Source of the DNA: Eledone cirrhosa
Taxonomy: Eukaryota
DNA: 64,000 bases
Assembly (NCBI GenBank): GCA_964016885.1
Contig: OZ024745.1
Span: 80,848,001-80,912,000 of the forward strand
Direction: 5' to 3'
How positions within the stretch are numbered: the first letter of the stretch is position 1; each line of letters starts with the position of its first letter. This document shows, piece after piece, positions 42,420 through 57,221 of this stretch. The notes beneath the pieces were generated by a model that was not told where the DNA came from, searched no databases, and saw only the letters and a list, made by a program, of their open reading frames with translations. The translations under genes and the position numbers were made by a program.

Positions 42420-44575
42420 GAGTATCGATGCTGCCATGTTTGTGCTACAACAACGAAATATGTCCAATGAGATGTCCAACTTCCAACACGGCTGATATAT
42501 CAGCAGTAACAAAGTATTCTGGCACATTTTGGGATTCCTGATTCAGGCCCATTACCTACTGGTGTAAAAACTTGATATCCATTTCGAAAATGGACAAGTG
42601 TATTTTACAGCCCACAATGCAGCCTCACAAGCAATAGCACCAAGAAAGACAACTTTGCTGGCATTTTTTTAAACTTTGTAGAAATGACAGCTTTACACGA
42701 ACTCTGCTTTACAGGCACATTTGATAAACAGAGAGAAAAATAGATCTGGTGAAAACAAGGAAGACCAGTAGAAAACCATCCTGAATTTCATAAAACAGCT
42801 ACATGAGGTAGGATTTACTCAATACATCCAGGACAGCATGAATGTTTCCACTTGAGGATACTGCTTAATGAAATTAGAGGCCTTCAAGGCTTTAACGAAC
42901 TTCTTAAAGTGAATGATGCTGTTTGTAACACCTATCAAGAGGCCTGCATGTGGAGAGGTCAGTGGTTAGACGACAATCAATGGAATGCAACACTTGCAGA
43001 TGCGTCTCTATCTCGGACCACCAAAAGTATTCAAAATTTGTTCGCAAATATATTAAAAGATTGTGACATGGCCAATCCATTGGCACTTTGGTTGAAGTAT
43101 AGGGATGACATGTCAGAGGATATCAAACATGAAGTGCAATTGAGAAACTCTGAAATAGAAGTAACTTTTTCAGACAAACATTATAACATAGCTTTGACTG
43201 AGATTGAAGACAAACTGGTGGAAATAAATGGACATGCTCTGCATTTATTATGCATTCCTCATACCAATGGAACTAATTTTTTTGGTCAAAGAATGAAATT
43301 GTGTGAGAAGCTTCATACAACATAGAAGACCTCATCTCCTATGTTAATGAAAACAAGCCTGTAAATTCAGCAGCCAACTTTCTTCTGTATATTTGCCCGG
43401 CTATTTCATATTACATTCACATATACAGAAGCAGTTATAGATTGAAACTCATACATGCCCTATAGACAGTTGCAGTTGAAGAAATAAAGGTATATATTGG
43501 TTATGTGAAAAGTTAGTGAAATTAATTAACCCAAGTAGATATTTTAACAAGTTAAGTGTATCTTAGTGTGATATGAAACTAAAACAACAAAGCAACTTCG
43601 AAATTTTACGACTTGTGCCCATCTATCACCCCTCCGAAGTCGAACCAAGTCAGTCTGCTGCCGACCCATATGCTCACGTGTCACTCCCAGGGAATGGGCA
43701 TTTGTCTTTGTCTGTGTGCATGTCTGTATGTGTTGCCTGCCACCGAGCCGTCCTGTATATAGGAATTTGGTTCTATGCTTATTGGATATTGTTTATATTA
43801 TACACGAATATATATATTCATATCAAAGTATAAGCATTGATCAAAAAGCAGACTTTAGTCTATTACTCCTCTGTATATAACATTATACTTTAGTCTATTA
43901 TGCAACAGAATGGTGGCATATTTTTTATCAAAACCTATTGTTGTCTAAAATTCGAGAAGACCAAAAAATAGCTTTAGTGATTGCTTCATCTGGAATTGCT
44001 GCTACACTTTTACCAGGAGGTCGGACAGCTCATTCTGCTTTCAAATTGGATTTAGGCCTCAGTTTGACTGAAATGTCCATGTGCCATATAAAGAAAGGCT
44101 CACAAGCTGCCCAAGTATTGCAAAGATGTGTGGCAATTTTGGGGGATGAATGCACAATGGTGTACAAACATGCATTGGAGATCTTTGCTTGAAAGCTTTT
44201 GAAACTTGGTGAAGGCAAAATATTCCTTGATACTGAAGGTTGATGTAATCCTTCATCATTTTGTACTGTTGTAAAAAGTGTTAATTGCTTAATTAATCAA
44301 ATGTTCCCCAATTTTGAAATCCACCATTCCAACAATGAGTCGCTGTGTGAAAGAGTGGTCCTATCAGGTATGCTGCCACAAAACTTTGAATTGAAGAAGG
44401 GCACAGTTATCATGTTTCTCAGAAACCTGGATCTACCAAGATTGTGCAATGGGACATATATGGTTATGACTGAACTACAGCCTCACATTATCAAAGCCAA
44501 AATCCTCACTGGATGTGGTAAGGGAGACATTGTATTTATACATAGAATGCTGCTAATACCAACAGATGTCCCCTT
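42420..44575 (+). pseudogene. Decayed Helitron Rep-Pif1 helicase gene, interrupted at ~43360-43835
   Basis: LRILLNEIRG..TYQEAC; ASSGIAATLLPGGRTAHSAFKL; DECTM; LKKG..RNLD..LCNGT. Confidence 0.88.
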
Positions 44576-44654
44576 TTATCCCCACACATACACATATATA
44601 TCCACATATACATACACATTCTCTCTCCACTGTTGTTCCTGCTGGCAGCCGATT

Positions 44655-45130
44655 TCATACTAAGGCGAATGGATGTGCAGATCTGCAGGCCCTAACAACA
44701 TCCCTACAAGAGAGTGCAGAAAAGATCGGCCTGAGAATCAACACCAAAAAGACCAAGATCATGAGAACGGCCAGCAACACAGGTCCAGTGATCAGAGTCA
44801 ACCAACAGGACCTCGAGGAAGTGGATCACTTCACCTACTGGGCAGCATCCTGACAAACAGCGGCGACATGGAGCTCAACATCAACTGTCGGATCGGCAAA
44901 GGAGCCACAGTTTTCCAGCGGCTGTGCCCAGTCTGGTCATCTTCATGCATTAACACCAAGACCAAGCTCCGCCTGTACAAGAGCATCATGCTGCCAACAG
45001 TGCTTTATGCGAGCGAGACCTGGAAGAGTACGGCAAAAATAGAGAGACGGCTGAACGCTTTCCACCAGCGGTGTCTGCAAAAGATCCTTTGTGTGTCCTG
45101 GCACGACCAAGTGCGAAATGAGGAGAGCTG
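44655..45130 (+). pseudogene. RTE-type RT fragment
   Basis: GLRINTKKTKIM, EEVDHFTY, LYASETW. Confidence 0.85.
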
Positions 45131-45229
45131 AGTCATGGACGCTACAAAGAGTGGTGACAGAACGTTTCCTGGTGAAAATAGAGTCAATTTGGTTTGTGTA
45201 TGTTCAGAAGATTTTAAAGTGATCAGGTG

Positions 45230-45780
45230 ACTAGCCTAATTGTTGAAGTTTGCATTGCATATTGTCAGGTTTGTTAGCATTCCAGAATGCCAAAAGCCTG
45301 GATTCCTCGTAGTTCCTAACACCAAATCTTTAATTTCCATACCTACTCTGTAATGTTAAATTAAATTCACCAGCCATCATAATAAAATTGCTGTATTTCA
45401 GTGAAGGATCTTATAAAAGTTATCCTTTTGTTCCTCTGCTAATCCTAACTAGGGTGCATATTCAGAAATGTATGTTGTTGACATGTCACTTATAACTAGC
45501 CTAAGCTAAAGTGTCCTGTAACACACTCTGACAATCTCAATAACCTTATTTATCCATTTTTCTGGTAGCAATATACTTACTCCACTTACTCTGCTGCTGT
45601 TACTCACCAGGCAAAATTTGTACATTTGTTCCTTATCCATGAGGTGTTTGGCTGAAGCTCCTCTTCACCTTATGTTTTGGACATAGTATACATTCACTTA
45701 CTTCTGCTCAAGTATCTCCTCAACTTCACCTGACCTACCTTTCATCATGTCAAGATTGATGGTACCAGCCCCAAGATTAT
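45230..45780 (-). pseudogene. Decayed RTE APE endonuclease fragment
   Basis: GTINLDMMKGRSGEVEEILEQK resembles the 4190 ORF N-terminus. Confidence 0.65.
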
Positions 45781-46000
45781 TAACCTGTTAAGAGTGGGAT
45801 TCTTGGCTATGGTTCTGTCAGATGGTGGATATCTTCTGTATTTGAAAGAGATAGGAATTTCCATACAAGTGTTTCATAGCAATTGGAACATATTCACACA
45901 TTGCTATATGTTTCTGGTTTTTAATTGGTTTACTGTTTTTCTACCACTCATCAGCCTATACTATAGATAACCATTATTATTACTATTATATGTAATGAAT

Positions 46001-46270
46001 AATAAATAGAATGCTGGGAAGACCGGTACAATATGGATAGAAATATAAAGATGGAACTGGGGTAAACTGGATGACAAAACAAAACAAAACAAAATGTTTT
46101 TACTCAATATATTTCATCATGATATTTCAATTGAGGAATGATGAATGCAGAAAAATGAAATTTTCTGTTCTCATGAACTTTTCCTGTATTGTGTGTGACT
46201 GACCTTTTTACCTTAGTTCCATCTTTCTATTTCTATCAGCATTGTACTAGCTTTCCCAACACTCTCTTTA
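46001..46270. mobile_element. Foldback/MITE-like element, diverged ~65-bp inverted repeats
   Basis: GATAGAAATATAAAGATGGAACT vs AGTTCCATCTTTCTATTTCTATC. Confidence 0.65.
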
Positions 46271-48296
46271 TTATTTATTACATATTTTACAATGCTTCAT
46301 ATAAACTATACTATCATAGGTGTTAATTGCAGCTACACAGATTGTGTTAAATGGCTGGAGGTGGGGTGGATATTTGATTTTCTATATACCAGTGGAATTT
46401 TAGGGTGGGACAGGCATCTCTGTAATCTACTCCAGTGTATATTCGAGAAAGAGGACCTATAAAATGTGTGTCATATAGTTGGACTTAAACATGGACCATT
46501 CAGCTGCAAAACAAACTTCTTAACCTCACAACTAGAATGTGTGTACATATGTGTGTTTGTTTGCACATATGGTGTATACATCTGTATCGCAAATGAAAAA
46601 ATGGCTAGCCAAACTTATTGTGTATCTATATCAGAGGTCTCAAATTCAAGGACTCAAAAAGACGATTACATTCTGGGGAAGAGGCACAATGGAACAAAAG
46701 TGAGATGTGGTGGGGAGGTGTGACTTCCATGGGTTATAATACTAATCTGCAATACAGTTGATAGGCTGCTATTTTTTTTTTTTTTCATTAAAATGAATAT
46801 GCATATGATAATATGTGGGGTAGGTGAATTAGTACAAAATGTAGGGAGACAAATTTTCTTTAAAAACCCATATACATGTATATACCCACCTACATACATA
46901 CACAAATTACCAAATTTTAGGAAAATATTGTCATGAAAACTTTTCTGCCACAAGCCATGGAAAATAGTTTGCTTGCCTCATGCAGCTTGTGGAATATGTG
47001 TTTGAGATCCCTGTTCTAGATATTTCTTTGGTATCTTAATGATATAAAGAGCACAGAGAATATATAGATAGGCAATGTGATGTGGAGTCACAGTCATTCA
47101 GTGCAGTTTGAATCATGGTTACATGTGTTAAAAAATAGTTCAGATACATGTAAAGGGTTGTAATGAGGGAATCAGCTGTTGTAACATTTATAGCAGGTGA
47201 ATAATTGACAGGAACTAGTTAAAACTGCTATTCAAATTGATTTGAGAAAGAAAAAGAGTTCTCAAATGCTCACTTTCAAATTAATTTGCACATAAGTAAT
47301 TTGTTTTCACATGAAACTTTTCTAAATGTGATGCTGTAATCTTTGTTCAGTTATTACATACTATATTTCATTTTGAGTTTAAGATTTACAAACAACAGAA
47401 ATAAATAAATATTAAAAATGTCTTTAATACATGCACTAATATCCTCATAGTTCAGTGACAGCTTGATGTTTGACTAAAATGCCCACCAAATGACAAGCTG
47501 TCACCAGGCACAAATATGCTACCCCAACCTTGAAACATAATATCTGCTGGAAATAAATAAATGGAAGGATAGTTTGAAGACAAAAATGTACAGAAAAACT
47601 TCTTTTCAGTTTATATGAAAAGATGGACATATCCAACCGCAGAGACCAAGCCAAAACAAAAAAAAAGAATGTATGGTATAGACATGGTCTCCTGTCTGGT
47701 CTAGTGCCTGAATGTGCCAGCCTTGCTGATCGGGTATGGTGGAAATAGATGCCAATGTTCGTAAAAAAAGGTAAAAGAAAATTCTGTTGGTTGTCTAGTG
47801 GCTGAGTGAGTAGACAGTTGACATACTCATACTGGATTGTAGATAGTTGATGTAGTGGACTGTAGGCAGTTGACATACTGGACTGTAGACTGCTGATATA
47901 GTGGACTGTAGACAGTTGACATAGTAGACTATAGAGATGAATTTTATAGTTTTGTCAAAAATTGGATATTGAGCACAGAAACCTAAAATGATGTTTAGAA
48001 AAATAGGATGTCCTTTACTCAGAAGTAGGAGAACAATTTTTGATTTTATTGATTGATATATGAATATTGATACATATTGATGATTCAATAGATATTTTTC
48101 CATTGATATATTCAATTGATATATGAATATTGATAAATATTGATGATTCAATAGATATTTTTCCATTTGTATTGAGAACGAAAATTAAATAAAATAAATT
48201 TTTCTTATATTCCTATTTAATCATAATTCTCATTACAGGCTTGCCAACAGAAATGAGTCAGCTGCACCAAATTGTTTTTTCATCTTACCTAATAAA

Positions 48297-48612
48297 ATGG
48301 TTCTAGCTCAAAAGTCCTGACAACAGAAATCTGGCTTTTGCTCAAAAGATCTATCTACGGGAAACATTTCTTTAGCTCAAAAGACTTCACTACAGAAATA
48401 TGACTTTATCTTAAAAGACTTCACTACAGAAATATGGCTTTTGCTCAAAAGATTTCGCTACGGAATTATGGCTTTAGCTGAACAGATTTTGTTACCAAAA
48501 TATGGCTTTAGCTCAAAAGATCTGGCTAGAGAACCATGGCTTTAGCTCAAAAGACCAGGCTGCAAAAATAAAATGGCTTTAGCTCAAAAGACTTTACTAC
48601 AGAAATATGGTT
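48297..48612 (+). repeat. 34-bp tandem array (~9 units) overlapping the PDZ gene start
   Basis: Consensus ATGGCTTTAGCTCAAAAGACTTCACTACAGAAAT. Confidence 0.9.
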
Positions 48613-48936
48613 TAAAACTTGTTGGAAATGGACCGGCATTCATTGTTTCTATAGAAAAAGACAGTATTGCTGAAGAATTTGGTCTTCAAATTGGGGACAG
48701 AATAGTGGAATTAGATGGTTATGATGTTAATGGCCTGTCAGCAGATGTGATCGTGATTCTAATGAAGAACAAGAAAAGTTATCCCTCTTCTCTTGGAATT
48801 GTTTCAGAATTATGTGAGTTTGTTTTACACTGCGGAAGACTGAAAGATTGTGGTTTCTCTGTTTCCAGTGACAAATTTATCACTGTAACAGAAGTCTATG
48901 AAAAAGGAATGGCATTTTTGGCAGGACTTAGAAAAG
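48573..48936 (+). CDS. GRID2IP: Delphilin (GRID2IP)-like PDZ protein, first coding exon (PDZ1 and start of PDZ2)
   Basis: YGLKLVGNGPAFIV..GLQIGDRIVELDG..GLS..PSSLGIV resembles the delphilin N-terminal PDZ as recalled; acceptor TTACAG at 48238; donor AAG|GTAAGA. Orthology unverified. Confidence 0.7.
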
Positions 48937-49125
48937 GTAAGAGTTATTCTTTTATCTATTTATCAGAATATTAACATAGACAAATGAATAAAGAAATGCC
49001 TTGAGGATGTTTTGAAAGTGTGAAAGCAAAGATAAGGACAGGCTGGAAGAAGTTTAAGGAGCTGGTACTGTTGCTGACAACAGAGTAAACTGTATGATAT
49101 CTATCTCTCTCTCTCTATATATATA

Positions 49126-49235
49126 TATAAAGAGGAAAATGCGAAGTTGAAAATGTTAGGGTCCTTTATTAAGGACCCTAACGGCTCAATTAATAAAGGA
49201 CCCTAACATCTTCAACTTCGCATTTTCTTCTATAT
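49126..49235. repeat. ~110-bp palindrome next to (TA)n
   Basis: GAAAATGCGAAGTTGA..TAGGGTCCTTTATTA / TAATAAAGGACCCTA..TCAACTTCGCATTTTC. Confidence 0.85.
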
Positions 49236-49678
49236 TAATATACTCCGTCATCCTTATTTTTAGGAAGTAATATAACGTTGAATGCTAGAAGTGAATTACA
49301 TCCTTGTATACCGAATGTATATATATATATATATATCTCATCATCATCATTTCATTTTATGTCCGCTTTTTCCCTGCTTGCAAGGGTGGGATGGGAACTG
49401 ATTCTGGCTTGATTTCTACAGCTGGATGCTCTTCTTAACACGAACCTCATTTACAGTCAGTGCTAGGTGCTTTTTTGCCTTGGCACCTTCACGACCACTT
49501 TGCAGTGGAATGATAGGGACCCCAGTCCCTATCATCTCATTTCTACAGCTGACTAAACTGGAACAATGTGAAATAAAGTGTCTTGCTAAAGGAAACAACA
49601 CATCACCCGGTCTGAGAATTGAACTCACAACCTTTCGATTGCAAGGCCAATGCTCCAGCCACTAAGCCATGTGCCTCC

Positions 49679-49731
<53 letters not shown>

Positions 49732-50441
49732 TATATAATATATATATATTATATATATATATAATATATATATAATATATATATATAATATATATATATA
49801 TAATATATATATAATATATATATATAATATATATATATAATATATATATAATATATATATATAATATATATATATAATATATATATATAATATATATATA
49901 ATATATATATATAATATATATATATAATATATATATAATATATATATATAATATATATATAATATATATATATAATATATATATAATATATATATAATAT
50001 ATATATATAATATATATATATAATATATATATATAATATATATATATAATATATATATATAATATATATATAATATATATATATAATATATATATATAAT
50101 ATATATATATAATATATATATAATATATATATATAATATATATATATAATATATATATATAATATATATATAATATATATATATAATATATATATATAAT
50201 ATATATATATAATATATATATAATATATATATATAATATATATATATAATATATATATATAATATATATATAATATATATATAATATATATATATAATAT
50301 ATATATAAAATATATATATAATATATATATATAATATATATATAAAATATATATATAAAATATATATATAAAATATATATATAATATATATATATAATAT
50401 ATATATAATATATATATATAATATATATATAATATATATAT

Positions 50442-50476
<35 letters not shown>

Positions 50477-50968
50477 ATATATATATATAATATATATATA
50501 TAATATATATATAATATATATATATAATATATATATATAATATATATATAATATATATATAATATATATATAATATATATATATAATATATATATATAAT
50601 ATATATATATAATATATATATATAATATATATATAATATATATATATATAATATATATATATAATATATATATATAATATATATATATAATATATATATA
50701 TAATATATATAATATATATATATATATATAATATATATATATATAATATATATATATAATATATATATATATAATATATATATATATAATATATATATAT
50801 AATATATATATATAATATATATATATAATATATATATATAATATATATATATAATATATATATAATATATATATATATATAATATATATATATATAATAT
50901 ATATATATAATATATATATATATAATATATATATATATAATATATATATATAATATATGTATATATAT

Positions 50969-51088
<120 letters not shown>

Positions 51089-51094
51089 TATAAT

Positions 51095-51162
<68 letters not shown>

Positions 51163-51194
51163 TATATATTAATATATATATAATATATATATAT

Positions 51195-51244
<50 letters not shown>

Positions 51245-51331
51245 TATATATATAATATATATATAATATATATATATAATATATATATATATATAATATA
51301 TATTTATAATATATATATATATAATATATAT

Positions 51332-51363
<32 letters not shown>

Positions 51364-51785
51364 ATATATATATATAATATATATATATAATATATATATA
51401 TAATATATATATATAATATATATATAATATATATATATAATATATATATATAATATATATATATAATATATATATATAATATATATATATAATATATATA
51501 TAATATATATATATATAATATATATATATAATATATATATATATAATATATATATATATAATATATATATATAATATATATATATAATATATATATATAA
51601 TATATATATATAATATATATATATAATATATATATATAATATATATATATAATATATATATATAATATATATATAATATATATATATAATATAATATATA
51701 TAATATATATATATAATATATATATAATATATATATAATATATATATATAATATATATATAATATATGTATATATATATATATAT

Positions 51786-51820
<35 letters not shown>

Positions 51821-51822
51821 AT

Positions 51823-51998
<176 letters not shown>

Positions 51999-52000
51999 AT

Positions 52001-52043
<43 letters not shown>

Positions 52044-52044
52044 T

Positions 52045-52078
<34 letters not shown>

Positions 52079-52123
52079 ATATATATATAATATATATATA
52101 ATATATATATATAATATATATAT

Positions 52124-52157
<34 letters not shown>

Positions 52158-52294
52158 ATATATATATATATAATATATATTATATATATATATATAATAT
52201 ATATAATATATATATATATAATATATATAATATATATATATAATATATATATATATATAATATATATGATATATATATATATAATATATATAAT

Positions 52295-52351
<57 letters not shown>

Positions 52352-52377
52352 ATATATATATATAATATATATATAAT

Positions 52378-52420
<43 letters not shown>

Positions 52421-52489
52421 TATATAATATATATATATAATATATATATATAATATATATATATAATATATATATAATATATATATAAT

Positions 52490-52523
<34 letters not shown>

Positions 52524-52564
52524 ATATATATATATAATATATATATATAATATATATATATAAT

Positions 52565-52596
<32 letters not shown>

Positions 52597-52626
52597 ATAT
52601 ATATATATAATATATATATATATAAT

Positions 52627-52658
<32 letters not shown>

Positions 52659-52897
52659 ATATATATATATAATATATATATATATAATATATATATAATA
52701 TATATATATATAGATATAATATATATATATAATATATATATATAATATATATATATATATATAATATATATATATATAATATATATATATAATATATATA
52801 TATATAATATATATATAATATATATATATAATATATATATATATAATATATATATATATATAATATATATATAATATATAATATATATATATAATAT

Positions 52898-52931
<34 letters not shown>

Positions 52932-52996
52932 ATATATATATATATATATAATATATATATAATATATATATAATATATAATATATATATATAATAT

Positions 52997-53078
<82 letters not shown>

Positions 53079-53113
53079 TTATATATATATATATATATAA
53101 TATATATATATAT

Positions 53114-53313
53114 NNNNNNNNNNNNNNNNNNNNNNNNNNNNNNNNNNNNNNNNNNNNNNNNNNNNNNNNNNNNNNNNNNNNNNNNNNNNNNNNNNNNNNN
53201 NNNNNNNNNNNNNNNNNNNNNNNNNNNNNNNNNNNNNNNNNNNNNNNNNNNNNNNNNNNNNNNNNNNNNNNNNNNNNNNNNNNNNNNNNNNNNNNNNNNN
53301 NNNNNNNNNNNNN
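53114..53313. other. Assembly gap (200 N)
   Basis: N run. Confidence 1.
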
Positions 53314-53572
53314 ACACTCTCTTTCTCTCACTGTGTTTTTCTCTCAACAATAACGTTTCACTACTCCTCGCTTCTCCGCCTACATATACGTTGTAACGGA
53401 CAAACAGGAGATCAGCTTCTCTTTTATAATATTGATTAACACTCTGCTACCTAAGATACCGACTACAGGAAATACCACATCGGCAACCTGATCCATATTG
53501 GCAGTGAATGTTCAAACTAGTGAACCAATAGTAGCTAAACGTTACACATAAATAACACATACACACACACAC

Positions 53573-53730
<158 letters not shown>

Positions 53731-53899
53731 TAGGTTTCGTTCGGCAAGTATTGGTCCAGGCCATGTCTAACTTAATAGCACCACCTGACGAAGTCTTTCA
53801 AATCAGGATTTGGACACCATGGCCCGCTCAAATAGAGAGTTATTGTTTACAAAGACGTATCCGGATGTAGGAGGTTTATCCGGGATTTATTGGAGGAAT

Positions 53900-54990
53900 T
53901 TGTCCAAAGACTTTTTTAATTTTATGGGATCTGTTTGTTTTAATGTGTTTTGGTGTAATGTTAAAGGAAGCAGGACCAGTTGAGGTGAAATAATTGTGCC
54001 GTAATGTTGTTATGAGATGCGAGTTTGATTTTTGTTGAGGGAGGATAGCAGAATAGGTGTACTTTAAAGATGATGCTAACATCATTTGGGCAATGCTGAT
54101 GAAATATGTCCCACGACGGCATCGGGGAGAGTAGAGTTTGAGCTTTTCTTGTCAACCCCAATAGTCAAGGCCTGTCATGCCGTCTATCTTTTTGTGAATG
54201 ACCTTTGAGGGGCTTAAATTTTCATAATACTTTATTTCATGTGGGGAGACCACAGTGGACAAGAGTATTCAAGGTGGGGTCAGGCAAAAGTAGAGAAGAG
54301 AAGGATAATGATAAGGATATCTCTCGATTGAAAATTTCTGAGAATTCAGGAACACATTCTGCGGGCTATGTCAACTTTGCTCTTTATATGAGTGGCCCAG
54401 TTTATGTTATCAACAATTATTCCAAGGTCTCTGATGTTGAATGTCACGAGGGTTTCACCCGAAGGAAGGGGATATGAGAGTTTCAGTACATCCTCTTTTC
54501 CAAAGTGGATTAATTCGAATTTATCCTCGTTCAGCAGCATATCGTTATTTCCACCCATTGAATAACAGCAAGTAGATCTGATTGAAGGCATGCCCGGTGA
54601 CCCACTCCATTGATGGAGCTTGGAATCATCTGCAAGGATTCTTATGTTGCTGTGCTTGATGACGTCAGTAATATCATTAATATAAATAATGAAAAGAAGT
54701 GGGCCCAACACAGTGCCTTGAGGAACTCCATACTCACTTTGGTTGGGCATGATTGTACTCCTTCGACTACAACATGTTGGGCTCTGTTTGGAAGAAAACA
54801 ATTGATCCATTGCAATAACTTTCCAGAGATACCAACGTTGAATAGTTTTTTCAGTAGAATGTTATCAGCCTTGTCAAAGGCCTTGTTAAAATCAAGGTAG
54901 ATGACATCAGTGTTAGGGCCCTCTCCCAAAGCTCTTAAAATGCCTTCAAAGTGACGCAGCAACTGCGTTAGTTAGTCTCTTCCATTATGG
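53900..54990 (-). pseudogene. Decayed CR1/L2-group LINE RT
   Basis: YLDFNKAFDK, GVPQGTVLGPLLFIIYIND, ADDSK. Confidence 0.85.
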
Positions 54991-55164
54991 AGCCAATGTT
55001 ATATTTGAAGTTATATGTAGAGAGAGATGACAGAGACATTGCGTAAAAGTATTTATAAATATACACATTTTTAGTATATAGACATACCTTTAAATATAAA
55101 AAAATAAAATTAGAATTTTTTTTCTCGCCTTAGCACAGCTGATACATAAATGCAAGTATGCACA

Positions 55165-55252
<88 letters not shown>

Positions 55253-56167
55253 AATATACACTTCAAATATAGAAACCTGTATTTATCTAACTGACAAAGT
55301 ATAATAAAAGACACAAATACATCACCTGATTGAAACTTAATAAACAAAAGAATAATTCCAACAAATGTAAAGTAATTTTATAAACTTGTGGGAGTAATAC
55401 TAAGATTGACAAATAACAGTAGTGAATTGTGCTGGGAAGGAAGAGAGGTTGTAAAGAAAACGGGTCTGTATTATGAATCGCCAGGGACTGATCAGCCTTG
55501 ACTTAATTTTTTATTTCGTGTGTGTGTGTGTGCATAATTGTACATATTTGAATGAATGTATGTGTATGTGTGTTATGTATGTGTGTATGTTCGTATGTCT
55601 GTATGTATATGTGTATAATTATACATATTTAAATGAATGTATGTGTGTATGTGTGTATGTATGTGTGTGCGTGTGATAGTTATAGATATTTCAATGAATG
55701 TAAGTGTATTTATAGTTAAACATTCCGGATTGTATTAAAAGGGAAGGGAAGTAGTTGAGAAAGACAGCGGACTCGGCGGCCGTTTTATGTGAATAGATAA
55801 CTGATCAGCCTTGACTTCATTTTTTTTTCTTTTTCGAGAGAGAGAGTGTGTGTGTTTGTGTGTGTGTGTGCGTGCGTGCGCGTGTGTGTGTGAGTGTGTG
55901 TGTGTGTGTTGTATGTGTGTGTAGTTGCGTAAGTATGCAAGTAGTAACTCGCCTTAACCTTTCAAGTGAACAAGATATATTTGGGACACTACCCACATTC
56001 ACGTCTTTTGAATCCATCTTTATAAACCCTTCTTGGCTTCTTATTTACCTTTCTTTAAAACGATATCTGCAAAATAAAATGACCGTCAAATAGGTAATAT
56101 ATTTTTTATAAGTACACTTTGATATGTCCGTGGGCGCACACATACAGACACAAGCATACACACACAC

Positions 56168-56198
<31 letters not shown>

Positions 56199-56251
56199 TG
56201 TATGTATGTATGTATGTATGTATGTATGTATGTATGTATGTATGTATGTAT

Positions 56252-57121
56252 GTTTTCTCTTTCTCTTAATTTTGAGTATATTTTTTGACCGGCCACCTTC
56301 CTGGTGGCAAGGTTGTAAAAGAAAAGAAATTGTCATCCCTTGAATCGCAAGAATGTTTTGCAAATTTTGAAGGTGCCAGCTATCGCAGCCATTTGTAGAC
56401 TATGAATTAGGGAGCTGCGCTTTTTGTCCGCAAATCCAAGTTCAGTCATACTTTGGTCCAAGCGGGTTGGTATATAACCCGTAGCACCAATAATGATGGG
56501 TATGAAGCTAAAGGTGTATCTTGGATACTGGATTTGTAAACTCCTCATCAATGGTCCGTAGATGTCCTCCTTCTCCTGTATTTTTCTGACAACGTTTACA
56601 TCAAGTGGGCAGCAGCTGATCTCCACAACAGAACACGTTTTCAATGTGTGGTCCCAAACTACAATATCAGGCCGGTTGTGCTTTAATTTGGTGGCAGTTT
56701 TTATTTTCAGGTTCCACCAGTATTCCTTAGTGCCATCTGTCTCAATATATTCTTCCTCGTTTGTTGTTGATTTTGTTTTCCGAAGTGCGTTCCAGATGGT
56801 TCTAGCTATCCCATCGTGTCTCATGGGGAGGTAGTAGCGAGATGACATTCTTTCGCAGCTGGCAACAATGTGGCTTACATCCTCGCTCTTTGTTTTACAT
56901 AGCCTACATTTATTGTCAGCTGCTGGCCCTCCTCTTTTGTGCAGCAGATATTTGGTAGGGAGTTCTTGTTCCTGTATTGCATAGAGATATCCCTCAAGGT
57001 GTGATGTCATAAACTTGTCGGAACTCCATGCCAGGCTTTTTGAGTGGTTTATCCCCTCTATGGTCTGTGTTTTACGCCTCAAGTATCCATGCACAACTTT
57101 TTCTGTAAATTGGTCAATTTT
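56252..57121 (-). mobile_element. 5'-truncated RLE-type (R4/Dong-like) non-LTR element
   Basis: AIQEQ, CRLC-x7-H-x4-C, RHD, RPDIVV..EIS..K; both flanks (TATG)n. Confidence 0.85.
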
Positions 57122-57221
57122 GTATGTATGTATGTATGTATGTATGTATGTATGTATGTATGTATGTATGTATGTATGTATGTATGTATGTATGTATGTA
57201 TGTATGTATGTATGTATGTAT

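Noticed and set aside
53782-53876. Hammerhead (CTGACGA, GTCTTT/AAAGAC, ATCCGGAT)
   Set aside because: GAAA missing and stem I poor; at most a relic.
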